This document shows, one piece after another, positions 1 to 9,667 of a stretch of 64,000 nt of DNA (position 1 is its first letter; every line of letters starts with the position of its first letter). The position numbers and the translations under genes were made by a program. The notes under the pieces were generated by a model, which did no database searches, was not told the DNA's origin, and saw only the letters and a program-made list of their open reading frames with translations. This stretch comes from a virus (lineage: Duplodnaviria > Caudoviricetes). The stretch lies in the IMG/VR virus record IMGVR_UViG_3300028832_000135, positions 6,057-70,056 of that record, one strand, 5' to 3'.

Positions 1-1
1 C

Positions 2-1387
2 GATTGAGGCTACAACGCCAGGCCAATCAATCCCGGCAAAGAAATCAAATATGCCGTCAACCATTTCTTCGGTAGGAAAGTTCTTGATGAAGGACGCCGC
101 TTCAGTAAAGATAAGTTTTATCGTATCTCCAAAGTTAGCACCAGCCGTTTGCCAATCAAAGTCGGTAAAGAGTCCTCTGAAAAACTCTGCAATAGATGTT
201 CCGATTGTTCCCATATCATAACTATCAAAGAAACCTCTTATAGCCTGTCCAACCGTGTTTAATGCCTCGGCTACGGTTGTTCCTGCCGTGCTAAACATAG
301 TCGTATCGCCAAACAGACCATTAAGGAATGTTGCTAATCCAGTTCCAATGTTATATGCGGTTTCCTGAATTTCACCCCAATGTGAGTTTACCTCTTCAAG
401 CGACAACTTAATGTTGTTTGCGAGTTGGGCACCTACCTCGGTAAAGTCAAACCCATTACCGATTGCGGATTTAATCATTTCCGCAATGTCATTTACCGCA
501 TCAACATACTCAAACATCTCGCTTGGGTCGGGGGTGTCAGAGCCACCGCCACTATCGGTATCTTTACCTAATACATTAAGGTCATCAAAAGCGGCGAGTC
601 TGTCAGATGCTTTCTTCGCACTTGAGCCAACACCCTGTAATTTCTTTGCATAGTCACCCGCACTTACACGAACCGCATTAAGTACCTGTGCCTGCCCGGT
701 AAGTGTGCCGACAAATCGTGCAATGGCGTTACCAACCTCTGCAATGCGATTTACCAGTTCTGAAAGTACCGGGAGAACTACATTGAGTATTGGGGCAAAC
801 GCCGCACCCCAGGCATTTTTCAGATAAAGCAATGAGGTTGTAAACTCTGTCATTGCCGCATTGGTTTCATTGGTTTCACTCTCGAACTGAACGAGATTAT
901 TTATACCAGTCTTAATAGCCTGTTTGAACTTAATGAGAGCAGAATACATAGAGTAAACGCCAATAGTAACCTGTGCTATTCTACGAATACCTGTTGTAAG
1001 TCCGCCAAAGTTAAATGCTCTTGTGGCGGTTCTTCTTATATTATTTAATGCACCGACAATGCGTGTTCCATATCTGACCACATTATTGCCGTGTGCCTGG
1101 TATCGTGCGTTTACGGTCGCTAACTGGTTGGCATATGCCTCAAGTTGTTGATTTGCTTGCTGAGTATTGACACTATTACTACCAAAGTTCTGCATTTGGT
1201 TAGTGAGTTGCTGAAGTTGCTGTGAAACCGTTGTAAGGATATTTGTTATCTCGGTAAAACGGTCGGTCATTCCCGCTTGATTTGCCTCATTCGCAAGTTC
1301 TTGCAAGTCGTGTTTCAACTCATCAATTTTTTGTTTTATGTCAGTTGTATCTAAAGTAACTGAAATTGTTACATCACCATCAGCCAT
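2..1387 (-). CDS. Tape measure protein, N-terminal part (runs off window)
   Basis: Manually translated open frame MADGDVTISVTLDTTDIK...; helical, Ala/Gly/Thr-rich; follows the tail chaperones; overlaps the stop of the 1380-1979 ORF. Confidence 0.9.
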   Translation of the reverse strand, partial: MADGDVTISVTLDTTDIKQKIDELKHDLQELANEANQAGMTDRFTEITNILTTVSQQLQQLTNQMQNFGSNSVNTQQANQQLEAYANQLATVNARYQAHGNNVVRYGTRIVGALNNIRRTATRAFNFGGLTTGIRRIAQVTIGVYSMYSALIKFKQAIKTGINNLVQFESETNETNAAMTEFTTSLLYLKNAWGAAFAPILNVVLPVLSELVNRIAEVGNAIARFVGTLTGQAQVLNAVRVSAGDYAKKLQGVGSSAKKASDRLAAFDDLNVLGKDTDSGGGSDTPDPSEMFEYVDAVNDIAEMIKSAIGNGFDFTEVGAQLANNIKLSLEEVNSHWGEIQETAYNIGTGLATFLNGLFGDTTMFSTAGTTVAEALNTVGQAIRGFFDSYDMGTIGTSIAEFFRGLFTDFDWQTAGANFGDTIKLIFTEAASFIKNFPTEEMVDGIFDFFAGIDWPGVVASI

Positions 1388-1979
1388 TAGGTACCCCCTT
1401 ATCTTGGTTCCACATACTTAAGATGTCTTCTTCATCTTGTTTCTGTTCCGTTGTTCTGCTATCCCAAATAAAATAGTGAGGATTACGAGCCTTAAACTCT
1501 TTCTCGTACTTCTCCAACTTCTTATTTTGTTTTATTTTATTTCGGATAGTAACAACTACTGATAAGACACTTTCACCTACCTCGCAAAAATACCCTATGA
1601 ATGTCCACCAATGTAGATATTTAACAGAGCGGATTTCAGTATGGGCAACCTTGTTGACTGCAGAAAAGATAATCTGTCCGTCCTTTTCCCAATCAATCGT
1701 CTTATAAGGCATAGAGTGCATAGGGTTTTCGTTGCACTCCATAAATTTATACATTTCCATAACGAGTGATTTCATCAGGTCTTCACTCATTCCACGGAAG
1801 TCTTCAATATCATCAAAATCCTCATAGAAGATTTCCAATGCACCAAACACTCTTTCTTGTTCGGTCAACTCTAAATCATTCAGACAAGAAAAACAGTCAA
1901 GCACCATACGATAGTCCCCTTTACAACGAATAGGAAACTCATTACCGTCTATCTCTATCGTTGTGGGTATCTCGTACAT
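1380..1979 (-). CDS. Tail assembly chaperone, A118 Gp15-like
   Basis: DYRMVLD...IDWEKDGQIIFSAV...LHWWTFIGYF pattern; immediately upstream of TMP. Confidence 0.8.
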   Translation of the reverse strand: MYEIPTTIEIDGNEFPIRCKGDYRMVLDCFSCLNDLELTEQERVFGALEIFYEDFDDIEDFRGMSEDLMKSLVMEMYKFMECNENPMHSMPYKTIDWEKDGQIIFSAVNKVAHTEIRSVKYLHWWTFIGYFCEVGESVLSVVVTIRNKIKQNKKLEKYEKEFKARNPHYFIWDSRTTEQKQDEEDILSMWNQDKGVPNG

Positions 1980-2070
1980 TACTTGACCTTTCCCTTAAGT
2001 ATGAATTAGTGGCTTGTGTCGGCTACTGACTCAACACATTATCTCGTTTCTTCACGCTCCCCACATAATG

Positions 2071-2553
2071 TCATTGTCTTCTCCGCTTGCCTTTGCCTGT
2101 GTACTTTGCGGTATGCTTTTTGACTCTATCCTGCATTGCCTTAAAGTCTGTTGTAATATCATTGGCATATAAACCTAAAAGGGCACTAATGATACGCTCA
2201 AACTTAAACTCTCCGCCATTCAATGAATAGAGATTACCCGTCGGAACACAAATATCCGCTACCTTAGAGTCAAAGATGTAATCTATCTTTGCTCGCATTT
2301 GAGCATCAATGTCCTTAAGGATTTCTGAAAATTCCGAAAGAGGTGACTGGTCGGTATCTTCGTCAGACTCTTTAATCCCGGCAAATCTGTCTGTAGCCTC
2401 AACTGCGAGCTTCAATAAATCCGGGTAAGTTTCTTCAAGTCTTACCACAATATTTAAGTCAGATGTGTCAAGTTGAATGATGCGGTTGATGTCATTGTCA
2501 ATGCTAAAGGACTTCTTCTGTGATAATGAGATATTTCTAATTTCTTCTGCCAT
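2071..2553 (-). CDS. Tail assembly chaperone (first)
   Basis: Between major tail protein and Gp15-like gene; acidic helical protein with basic C-terminus; SD present. Confidence 0.65.
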   Translation of the reverse strand: MAEEIRNISLSQKKSFSIDNDINRIIQLDTSDLNIVVRLEETYPDLLKLAVEATDRFAGIKESDEDTDQSPLSEFSEILKDIDAQMRAKIDYIFDSKVADICVPTGNLYSLNGGEFKFERIISALLGLYANDITTDFKAMQDRVKKHTAKYTGKGKRRRQ

Positions 2554-2565
2554 AGATGTATCTCC

Positions 2566-3246
2566 TTAAGGTGATGGTAATGTCTTAACAAAGTTGAAGT
2601 TGTCTGCGAGTGCATCAACGAAACCGTTTGTGATGTCGTTAGAGTAGAAAACCGTGAAAGGGAAGTTTACATTGTCTTCACCACCGATAGAGTCATACTG
2701 GACCGTACAAGCCGAATGACGCTCTGTTTCGTAGTATGTCGTTTCGTTTGCACTTGCACTGATAAATGCCGTAATGACATAAACTGTAAACTGTGAAAGT
2801 TCTGTAAGGGCATTTCTCTTACGAATATCATTCAAGAACTCGGAGAACTTATCACCGCCCAAGATAAGGTGGGGGTCAAAACTCTGTTGAGGTTGAGTCT
2901 TGTTAATATCGTGATAGTTGATACCCAAGATGTCGGTAGTGTCTTCTGAGTCAACATTATACTCAATGCTTGAGTCGGGTGTTCTCTTACCCAGAATACA
3001 TCTGTCCACTTTCTTGTAGTAGGTATTTGCTGCCCAGGTAGGCGGATTTGTGCCTGACGGAACGGGAGTATAAGTACCGCTACTCTCTGTGTAATATGAC
3101 GTATAATTCGTGTTCCAATCAAGAGGCTTTGACTCTGTGCAAACATAAACATCACCGCCTGTGAGATTATCCCACTCGATGACGGTAATCAAAGTCTTTC
3201 TGGCCGCTCTTTGGTCTTGTGCAAGATTAAACTTGTTAATTGCCAT
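2566..3246 (-). CDS. Major tail (tube) protein with a small aromatic insert
   Basis: Synteny; LGKRTPDSSIEYN...TDILG pattern of A118-like tail tube proteins. Confidence 0.8.
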   Translation of the reverse strand: MAINKFNLAQDQRAARKTLITVIEWDNLTGGDVYVCTESKPLDWNTNYTSYYTESSGTYTPVPSGTNPPTWAANTYYKKVDRCILGKRTPDSSIEYNVDSEDTTDILGINYHDINKTQPQQSFDPHLILGGDKFSEFLNDIRKRNALTELSQFTVYVITAFISASANETTYYETERHSACTVQYDSIGGEDNVNFPFTVFYSNDITNGFVDALADNFNFVKTLPSP

Positions 3247-3261
3247 AATCTTTCTCCTCTC

Positions 3262-3753
3262 TTACTTCCAAATGGCTTTGGAGTAATCTATATAGTCTAT
3301 TCTAATTGAAATACTATATTTAGCAAGGGCGGGGGTCACGGCTCTATCAACACCGTTCATATTAGGTTGGTCTGTGACCACTAACATATCGTCTATCACA
3401 CAATTACTTCCAAAATTGGGATAATTGCGTGCCTCTGACTGTTCCGTTACCCAATCTGCCACTTGTTGCACCTTAAAGGTGTTATCAAGATTTTCGGAAA
3501 CAGAAGTGCTCTCGTTGTTTATGGTACGGGTTACCACCGCATTATATGTTACCGACTGGTAATCAATGAGTGTAAATGTGTATCTTCTCTTTACGCTACC
3601 GTCAATGTACGGCTCATCTACGCTCACATCATTTGCAATGGTTACTACTTGCTTATTGTCCGACTTGGCCTCACCGAAGTTATAAAACAGAGGATTATTC
3701 TTTATATACGGACAAGTAAGGAGATAGTCAACAACGGCTTTATTTTTATCCAT
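3262..3753 (-). CDS. Tail terminator / minor capsid-3-like protein
   Basis: Position upstream of tail tube; YIDGSVKRRYTFTL and AKYSISIRIDY pattern. Confidence 0.65.
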   Translation of the reverse strand: MDKNKAVVDYLLTCPYIKNNPLFYNFGEAKSDNKQVVTIANDVSVDEPYIDGSVKRRYTFTLIDYQSVTYNAVVTRTINNESTSVSENLDNTFKVQQVADWVTEQSEARNYPNFGSNCVIDDMLVVTDQPNMNGVDRAVTPALAKYSISIRIDYIDYSKAIWK

Positions 3754-4123
3754 TCTTATATCTCTCCTTTATTATCCGCTCTACCTCTTTCGCAAACTCA
3801 TCACGCTTGGTCTGCATTGCTACCTGGTCCCATTTTGCGGTCGCTAACGGGTGTACCTCGGTCTTATGATGAAACTCCTCGCCATAATATTGCTTTTGTG
3901 CATATTCTGACTCATAAACGACTTCAACCCCGCCTGATGTTGCGGAGGTGTAGTAGGAGATGTCCTGTGACAATTTACCTGTGTCGTAGGGAACCCACGG
4001 GTCAACTATCTTTGCAAAGGTCTGTCCAATGTCCCAATTTAACCCGGTAGTCCACACATTCGTGTTCCATATCTTGTCGCCAATGGTATGTTCATTGATA
4101 TTGACATCTATCTTAATGCTCAT
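3746..4123 (-). CDS. Neck protein (minor capsid-2-like)
   Basis: PWVPYDTGKLSQ...YAQKQYYG...HPLATAKWD pattern; synteny. Confidence 0.7.
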   Translation of the reverse strand: MSIKIDVNINEHTIGDKIWNTNVWTTGLNWDIGQTFAKIVDPWVPYDTGKLSQDISYYTSATSGGVEVVYESEYAQKQYYGEEFHHKTEVHPLATAKWDQVAMQTKRDEFAKEVERIIKERYKNG

Positions 4124-4554
4124 AAACCCCTCACAAGATAATGTTCATCGTTTCGACCACCGCCAACATTTATTTTACACTCGGTTATCTGTGCACATCT
4201 CGCTTTATACTTCTTAAGCAAGTCGGTTGACTTAGTTCCGCTTGAATACTCATCAATGGCATCGGAAACTTCGCCCTTAACAAGAATGTCGCCCTCATTA
4301 AAGGTGAAGTGGGTTGCTTTTGCGTCTGACGCTTGCCATACATAATCCTCAAGAAAGTTATCACTTACTCGAACACGGCAAAGCAACACTTTTGTCATCT
4401 GCGTTGCGTTCTCTTCACGGGTATAGTTGGTTTCATATCCCCAAAAACACCCCTCAAGAACCGTTCTGTACCAAGTTATCTCACCTTTACTATCCTCGTA
4501 TCTGTTATACAAGGTAACGGTCGTATTCCACCAAGTAGGATAGTTATTACTCAC
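4120..4554 (-). CDS. Head closure protein
   Basis: TVTLYN...WYRTVLEGCFW...GDILVKG...EHYLVRG; synteny. Confidence 0.65.
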   Translation of the reverse strand: MSNNYPTWWNTTVTLYNRYEDSKGEITWYRTVLEGCFWGYETNYTREENATQMTKVLLCRVRVSDNFLEDYVWQASDAKATHFTFNEGDILVKGEVSDAIDEYSSGTKSTDLLKKYKARCAQITECKINVGGGRNDEHYLVRGL

Positions 4555-4999
4555 CGGGATATAACCCCCTATAAAGCAATTTTCGTCCTAACTCATTGGT
4601 AACGCCTTGCAGGTAACGTTGAATTGTCTGTCCGATTTCCTGGGACAAAAGTGATGTAGCATCACGGGCAGCGAGAGAATTGTAACTGACTGATACTCCG
4701 TCATTGGATTGACTCATAATAGACTTCAAAATATCTCCTGAAGATGACACCTCTGAGTTATCCACAGAAATACCAAAAGCCGATAAGCGTTCTTGAATAA
4801 ACTTAATTAAGTAAACTTCGCAACGCTTAACGGCATCGGGTATATTCGTATTATTATGAAGTCGGTTGAAAGTGTACCAATCAATGTAACTTTCGGCCTC
4901 ATAAGCATAGTAATTGAACTCGGCTTCACTCAATGTGCCTCCGACCATCTGATATTCTGCAAATGTTAAATACCTCGGAGTCATATCCATTGATGTCAC
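4547..4999 (-). CDS. Head-tail connector (adaptor)
   Basis: YLTFAEYQ...AESYIDWYTFNR...SQSNDGVSVSY...LLYRG pattern. Confidence 0.75.
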   Translation of the reverse strand: MTSMDMTPRYLTFAEYQMVGGTLSEAEFNYYAYEAESYIDWYTFNRLHNNTNIPDAVKRCEVYLIKFIQERLSAFGISVDNSEVSSSGDILKSIMSQSNDGVSVSYNSLAARDATSLLSQEIGQTIQRYLQGVTNELGRKLLYRGLYPGE

Positions 5000-5009
5000 C
5001 TCACTTCAT

Positions 5010-5357
5010 TTACTCTGTTTCTACTTCTGTTTCTGTGTTTTGTGACTTACGCTTGCGAGTCTTTTTAGGCTCTTCCTCTGTATCAAGTACCTTTTCCAAC
5101 TCGTTTGAAAGTCTTATGTTCTCCTGCTTGAGCAACGAGTTCTGTGTCTTAAGACTTGCAAGCTCTGTCTTAAGATTTTCGATTTCCTTGATGTTCTGAG
5201 AATACTCAAGTTTGAGTTGGTTATTGTCTGCCGGGACAGCCTTTTTCAAGACCGCCCCGTCAGCACCAATAATGTTATAACCCATACCGAGGTATCTCTC
5301 TATTGCGTCTTCGGAAATGCGAAGGATTTTATTACCCTTTTGTGCCTGTACGCTCAT
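5010..5357 (-). CDS. Hypothetical coiled-coil protein downstream of capsid gene
   Basis: ORF with SD, heptad pattern and KKTRKRK tail. Confidence 0.6.
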   Translation of the reverse strand: MSVQAQKGNKILRISEDAIERYLGMGYNIIGADGAVLKKAVPADNNQLKLEYSQNIKEIENLKTELASLKTQNSLLKQENIRLSNELEKVLDTEEEPKKTRKRKSQNTETEVETE

Positions 5358-5378
5358 ATAGTACCTCCGAGAAGATTA

Positions 5379-6683
5379 TCAAGAACCGTAGCCGAGTGTA
5401 ATGATTTCGCCCAACTGATAATCCTTGATGATTGTGTCTGTGCCGTTTGTAGCAACAACACGGAGAACCTGCTCGCCCTTGTCTGTAATCTTGAATACAG
5501 AGTCAAGGTCATCAAGATGTCCGATGAGTTCCTGCATACCTGCACCCTGTGTGGGGAGAAGACCAACCTTAACAGATGTGTACTGTGCCCAGTTTGCAGA
5601 CTCGAATGTGATTGCTACGAAGTTACCTGTACCCCAAACATCTGTGATTGCGTTAGAGCCATTGAGCCACTTGGAAGTACCTGTGATTGCGTCCTTACCT
5701 ACGGCAACACCGCTCTGAATGTCAGATACATTTACACCGTAAACCGTACCCTCTGTGAGAGCCTTAACAACGGGTGCAGAGAAAGCGTTACCAGAAGTAG
5801 CGTTGAACTGAATTGCACCAGCCTTGTTGTTAAGTACGAATACATCTTCAAAAGACTCCTCGTAGTAAATGTACTTACCCTCGGAACCAGCAGAAGGCTC
5901 ATCAAGTCTTGAGAATGTGTAGGAGACAGGTGTGAGAACTGCGATGGGGTGAACAAGGAACATATTGATTTGGAGAGCGTTGTCTGCGGGTGCCCAACCG
6001 TTTGTGAAATCATAGAGTGTTCTCATAAGAGGTGCGGGTACACCGATAATCTCAACCTCATCAAGTCTTGAAACGATACGGTTAATTCTCTTCTCACCGC
6101 CGTCAACCTCGATGTAACGAGAAATCTTCTCTGCGTTCTTGAGGATTGTCTTTACTTCGTGTGTAACATAGAGAATACGACCTGTTACCGGGACTCTTGC
6201 GTTATCCATATTGAGCATCAACTTGTCGAATACGGAAAGAACATTAGCCTCGGAAAGAACTGTTGTATCTGCTGTGTTGCCAAGAGCAACCCAATCGTTG
6301 TAAATCTTTGAAACACAGTAAGCGTCCATTTCAGGGAACTTCTGCTCTTCATTCATTACACGGGTAATGTTAGCGATTGTTGTGACCATATTGGTCTGGT
6401 CAACGTCCATAGGGTGAACAAGTGTTGACCACTTTCTCTCGTTTGTGAGAGTCTTTGTCTCCCAAGAGTTCGTGTAATTTCTCTGTGCAGTTGTGATTGT
6501 ATCTCTGTCTGCATCAACACGACCTGTTGTCTTGATAGACGGAATTTCGATTGTCTTTGCGTTTACCCAACGATATGTTCTGTTGTTAGGTGTTCTGTAA
6601 AGAGCACCGAAGTTAAGAACATAAGGGAAAGCCTGTGACAATGCTCTTGAATACTGCTTTGCGTAGTTAAGTGCCTGTGCCAT
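5379..6683 (-). CDS. Major capsid protein with ~135-aa C-terminal extension
   Basis: NYAKQYSRAL...TIEIPSI...WETKTLTNERKWSTLVHPMDVDQTN...QINMFLVHP pattern of A118-like MCP; follows scaffold. Confidence 0.9.
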   Translation of the reverse strand: MAQALNYAKQYSRALSQAFPYVLNFGALYRTPNNRTYRWVNAKTIEIPSIKTTGRVDADRDTITTAQRNYTNSWETKTLTNERKWSTLVHPMDVDQTNMVTTIANITRVMNEEQKFPEMDAYCVSKIYNDWVALGNTADTTVLSEANVLSVFDKLMLNMDNARVPVTGRILYVTHEVKTILKNAEKISRYIEVDGGEKRINRIVSRLDEVEIIGVPAPLMRTLYDFTNGWAPADNALQINMFLVHPIAVLTPVSYTFSRLDEPSAGSEGKYIYYEESFEDVFVLNNKAGAIQFNATSGNAFSAPVVKALTEGTVYGVNVSDIQSGVAVGKDAITGTSKWLNGSNAITDVWGTGNFVAITFESANWAQYTSVKVGLLPTQGAGMQELIGHLDDLDSVFKITDKGEQVLRVVATNGTDTIIKDYQLGEIITLGYGS

Positions 6684-6717
6684 AACTTCTTTTCTCCTTT
6701 AATTATTATTATTTGGT

Positions 6718-7428
6718 TTATTCGTGTGCCCTCACGCCTACGAAGCCAAAGTCAAAGTCTGTGTCATCTGACTGGGGTGCTCCTGAAGTGGACGCTACGA
6801 ATGTAGGAATGGGGGCAATAGGCTCACTCGGTTCGGGTTCAACTTCGGGTTCGGGTTCTACGACAGGTTCGGGTTCTTTCTCAACATAGAAAGCGTCATC
6901 GTTTTCCTGTTCGTATGCCGTCTTGAAGTCATCTGCACCGATAAGTTTGTCGCCCTCCATTGTGAGATTTTTGTCAGTCATTGCCTTAACAAAATCTCTC
7001 TTTGCGGCCTTTGAAGTAAACTGTAAACCGTTTGCATACTCCCTTACCGCAAATTCATAGGACTGATGATGAAGTTTCTCCTCGTAACTCTTAGTATCGG
7101 CATCGTACTTTGCCTGTAAGTCACTCATCTGTGTGTTGAGTGCATCAAGTTTGGTCTTATCCTCACCTGCAAGTTCCAACTGTTTCTGTAGGTTGGCGAG
7201 GTCTTCATCACGGGTGGTAATTGTGCCATTCAAGGTTTCAACTTGTCCATTAAGTGTTTCAATCTGCTGATTAAGTCCCTTAATGTCACTATCGTACTTT
7301 GACTTACTTACATACTTTCCGTCAGAGAGGTCTGCAAACTTGAGTCCGTTCTCTTTGGCAAGTGCCTCGAATTGGTCATAGGTCAAAATACCGTTTTCCG
7401 CCTTGTCAAACAAATCTTTGATGTTCAT
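6718..7428 (-). CDS. Capsid scaffolding protein (phage GP20-like)
   Basis: GKYVSKSKYD followed by coiled coil; EPEP-rich acidic C-terminus; upstream of MCP. Confidence 0.85.
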   Translation of the reverse strand: MNIKDLFDKAENGILTYDQFEALAKENGLKFADLSDGKYVSKSKYDSDIKGLNQQIETLNGQVETLNGTITTRDEDLANLQKQLELAGEDKTKLDALNTQMSDLQAKYDADTKSYEEKLHHQSYEFAVREYANGLQFTSKAAKRDFVKAMTDKNLTMEGDKLIGADDFKTAYEQENDDAFYVEKEPEPVVEPEPEVEPEPSEPIAPIPTFVASTSGAPQSDDTDFDFGFVGVRAHE

Positions 7429-7714
7429 TCTGTGTTTCCTCCTAAATAGAACAATCTTTTATATCCGCTTTACTTATAATGTCGCAGTTGCGGTCTGCGT
7501 TGATTGTGTCCGTTTTAAGCGTCTCGGGCGTGACAATATATACACCGACCATTTAAGGTCGTTGCACTCTAACTCAGTTTAGGTTGATTGGGAATTAAAC
7601 ACCTATTCTACTACCCTTACGTGGTTAATATTGCCTCACAAGTACCCCGAGGGGTCGTACTCTTTTGCACAACCCCCGGAGTACGGAGGTACGGCAGAAG
7701 AACAACACTACCAC
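7429..7714 (-). ncRNA. Structured 5' leader of scaffold/capsid operon (candidate cis-regulatory RNA)
   Basis: Several hairpins: GTACTCCGGGGGTTGT/ACGACCCCTCGGGGTAC, CGACC/GGTCG, CGCAG/CTGCG; downstream of a promoter. Confidence 0.45.
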
Positions 7715-7720
7715 AAGTTC

Positions 7721-7748
7721 ATTATATCCTATTGATTATATAAATCAA
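7721..7748 (-). promoter_or_regulatory. Promoter TTGATT-16-TATAAT (late class, contains CAATAGGATATAAT)
   Basis: Read directly; -35 overlaps the portal stop codon. Confidence 0.6.
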
Positions 7749-9634
7749 GGGGTGACGGGTGTTTGAGTACCATTATTGGGATTGTTATTTCCTTGCATTT
7801 GTGGTACTGACTGACTCTGATTAGGTGCTTGTTGAGCGTTCTTTTGCTTACTATCTTGTTCGTCTTGTTTGCTCTCCTCACCCGGAGTTTCGCCACCCGA
7901 CACCTGCTTACCGAGTTGAGAAGACATAACCATATTCTGCTCAATAGCCTGTCTATTCTCATCTTGTATCTTATCAAGTGCCTCTTGTGCCTGTTTTTCA
8001 GTTTCACCAAAGTACCACATACGAAGTTCCAACTTGCTCTCAAGACCCTTTTCCATAAGAGAAAGTCTTGTTGCAAGCTCCGTTTCTTCATCTATGAGAA
8101 TACTATCGTCCCACTCAAATGAAACATCATAACTACCCATTTTCGAGGTGTCCACATTACCATTGGAGTCATATTTAATGTCACCAACGATATTATATAA
8201 TGTTACATACACATTCATTGCATAGATGACATCTTCCAATGCCGTCTGTAATGCACTCTGTATCTCCTTATTTGATGAGAAACTTCTCTGCTTGAGTATC
8301 TTAATCTCTGTTGCCGTCCTTGCCTCTGCGGCCACATCTGAAAGCGTGCCACGGCTTAATGCACACACATCTTCAATTCTCATAAGGATATTGTTGAGTC
8401 CGTTAATCAGTGAAATATCTCGCAGCGAGGGAGAGAATGGCTTGTAGGTGTCGGACTCACCCAGGTCGACCGGGCGGTACAATCTGTTCTGCAACTGACT
8501 CATCACCGAGCCGCCTTGGTCACCATTTAAGAATTGTAAAGCATCACGGTCAATGTCTATTGCGAGTTCACCACCCTCAAACTCCCAAAGAAGTCTTGAG
8601 TATTGCATATCTGCATCTTTAATAAGGTTTGCGGCCTTACCAAAACAACTCATTCCTAAAGGAGAATGGGTATCAATGATATTTGCATCGGGCATCTTAA
8701 AGTAACCAAACAAAAGTCTGTCAACATTCTTAATGGTTGCTTTAGGTGGTATGTCTTTCCATTCGGGCACATCTGTAAGTTTGATTTCAGAGCCGAGAGT
8801 AATCCCACCAATACCGCTATATGCCTCTTGGTTGTTGCTATTGGTACTCTCAAAAGCATAGTTTTCAATCATTACGTCATTGACATTTAATTTATGACGC
8901 TCAAGGCGTGTATAAATCTTATCACCTCTTGTGATTGTCTGAATGAAAGCAACATCTGTGAGATTACCAGAGCCGTCAAAAGAGAACGGATAAAAACAAT
9001 CCGCCTGAATGAAGTCATACTCCATTTTATATTGGTATTGTTCCTTTTCGTTCTTTTCTTTCTGCTTGCCGTCTTGCTTGTCTGTGGCAATTCCCGCAAC
9101 GCCCGTAACCTTAGAACGGACAACATAAGGCTTGATAATAAGACTTCCCTTTGCGGTGCCGTACTCTAATTGAGTGCGTATCTTTGAAAGCAACTTCTTA
9201 TGATATTGCTCATTAAGATATGTTGCCCTACGGGTATCACCCTGGACTTTTTCTTCAACGATTGTAGGTGCCTCGCCGCTTGCCCGGATATTTCCAAAAG
9301 CGTCACTTATCGGAGGAAAGTAGTTAGGATTGGTCTTTCTCTCTGTTTTAGTGGGTGCGGTAATCTCTGACTTCAACTCAAGTACCGCCATACGAGCCTT
9401 TTCACCCGAAATGAAAGCAGGTAGTCCCAATGAAACTACCCTTGTCTTGTCCTCTGCATCGGGTTCGTGTAACCACGGTGCATTGTCCATATACATATCC
9501 GTCCATAAATCTATGGCCTCTGTCATCTGGTCGCTCACCGCCGGGGTGACGTGCAAGGTTTCTTCGATTTTATGATTTAACCCAAACATTCTTGCAAAAA
9601 ACTCCTTTATCTTTGCCCAAAATGAGGAAAACAT
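7745..9634 (-). CDS. Portal protein (A118/SPP1-type)
   Basis: AIDLWTDMY...LGLPAFISGEKAR...SPLGMSCF...FDDS-like FEWDDSIL; Q/N-rich tail. Confidence 0.9.
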   Translation of the reverse strand: MFSSFWAKIKEFFARMFGLNHKIEETLHVTPAVSDQMTEAIDLWTDMYMDNAPWLHEPDAEDKTRVVSLGLPAFISGEKARMAVLELKSEITAPTKTERKTNPNYFPPISDAFGNIRASGEAPTIVEEKVQGDTRRATYLNEQYHKKLLSKIRTQLEYGTAKGSLIIKPYVVRSKVTGVAGIATDKQDGKQKEKNEKEQYQYKMEYDFIQADCFYPFSFDGSGNLTDVAFIQTITRGDKIYTRLERHKLNVNDVMIENYAFESTNSNNQEAYSGIGGITLGSEIKLTDVPEWKDIPPKATIKNVDRLLFGYFKMPDANIIDTHSPLGMSCFGKAANLIKDADMQYSRLLWEFEGGELAIDIDRDALQFLNGDQGGSVMSQLQNRLYRPVDLGESDTYKPFSPSLRDISLINGLNNILMRIEDVCALSRGTLSDVAAEARTATEIKILKQRSFSSNKEIQSALQTALEDVIYAMNVYVTLYNIVGDIKYDSNGNVDTSKMGSYDVSFEWDDSILIDEETELATRLSLMEKGLESKLELRMWYFGETEKQAQEALDKIQDENRQAIEQNMVMSSQLGKQVSGGETPGEESKQDEQDSKQKNAQQAPNQSQSVPQMQGNNNPNNGTQTPVTP

Positions 9635-9667
9635 CTAAACTCCTCCGCAATAATCATCTAAAATTCC

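Noticed and set aside
1980-2110. Programmed frameshift joining the two tail chaperones
   Set aside because: ORFs are 91 nt apart, the second has its own SD, and no slippery heptamer was seen
3463-4050. Long plus-strand ORFs here and throughout (e.g. 5217-5912, 12525-13049)
   Set aside because: Antisense shadows of well-supported minus-strand genes; no SD or recognisable motifs
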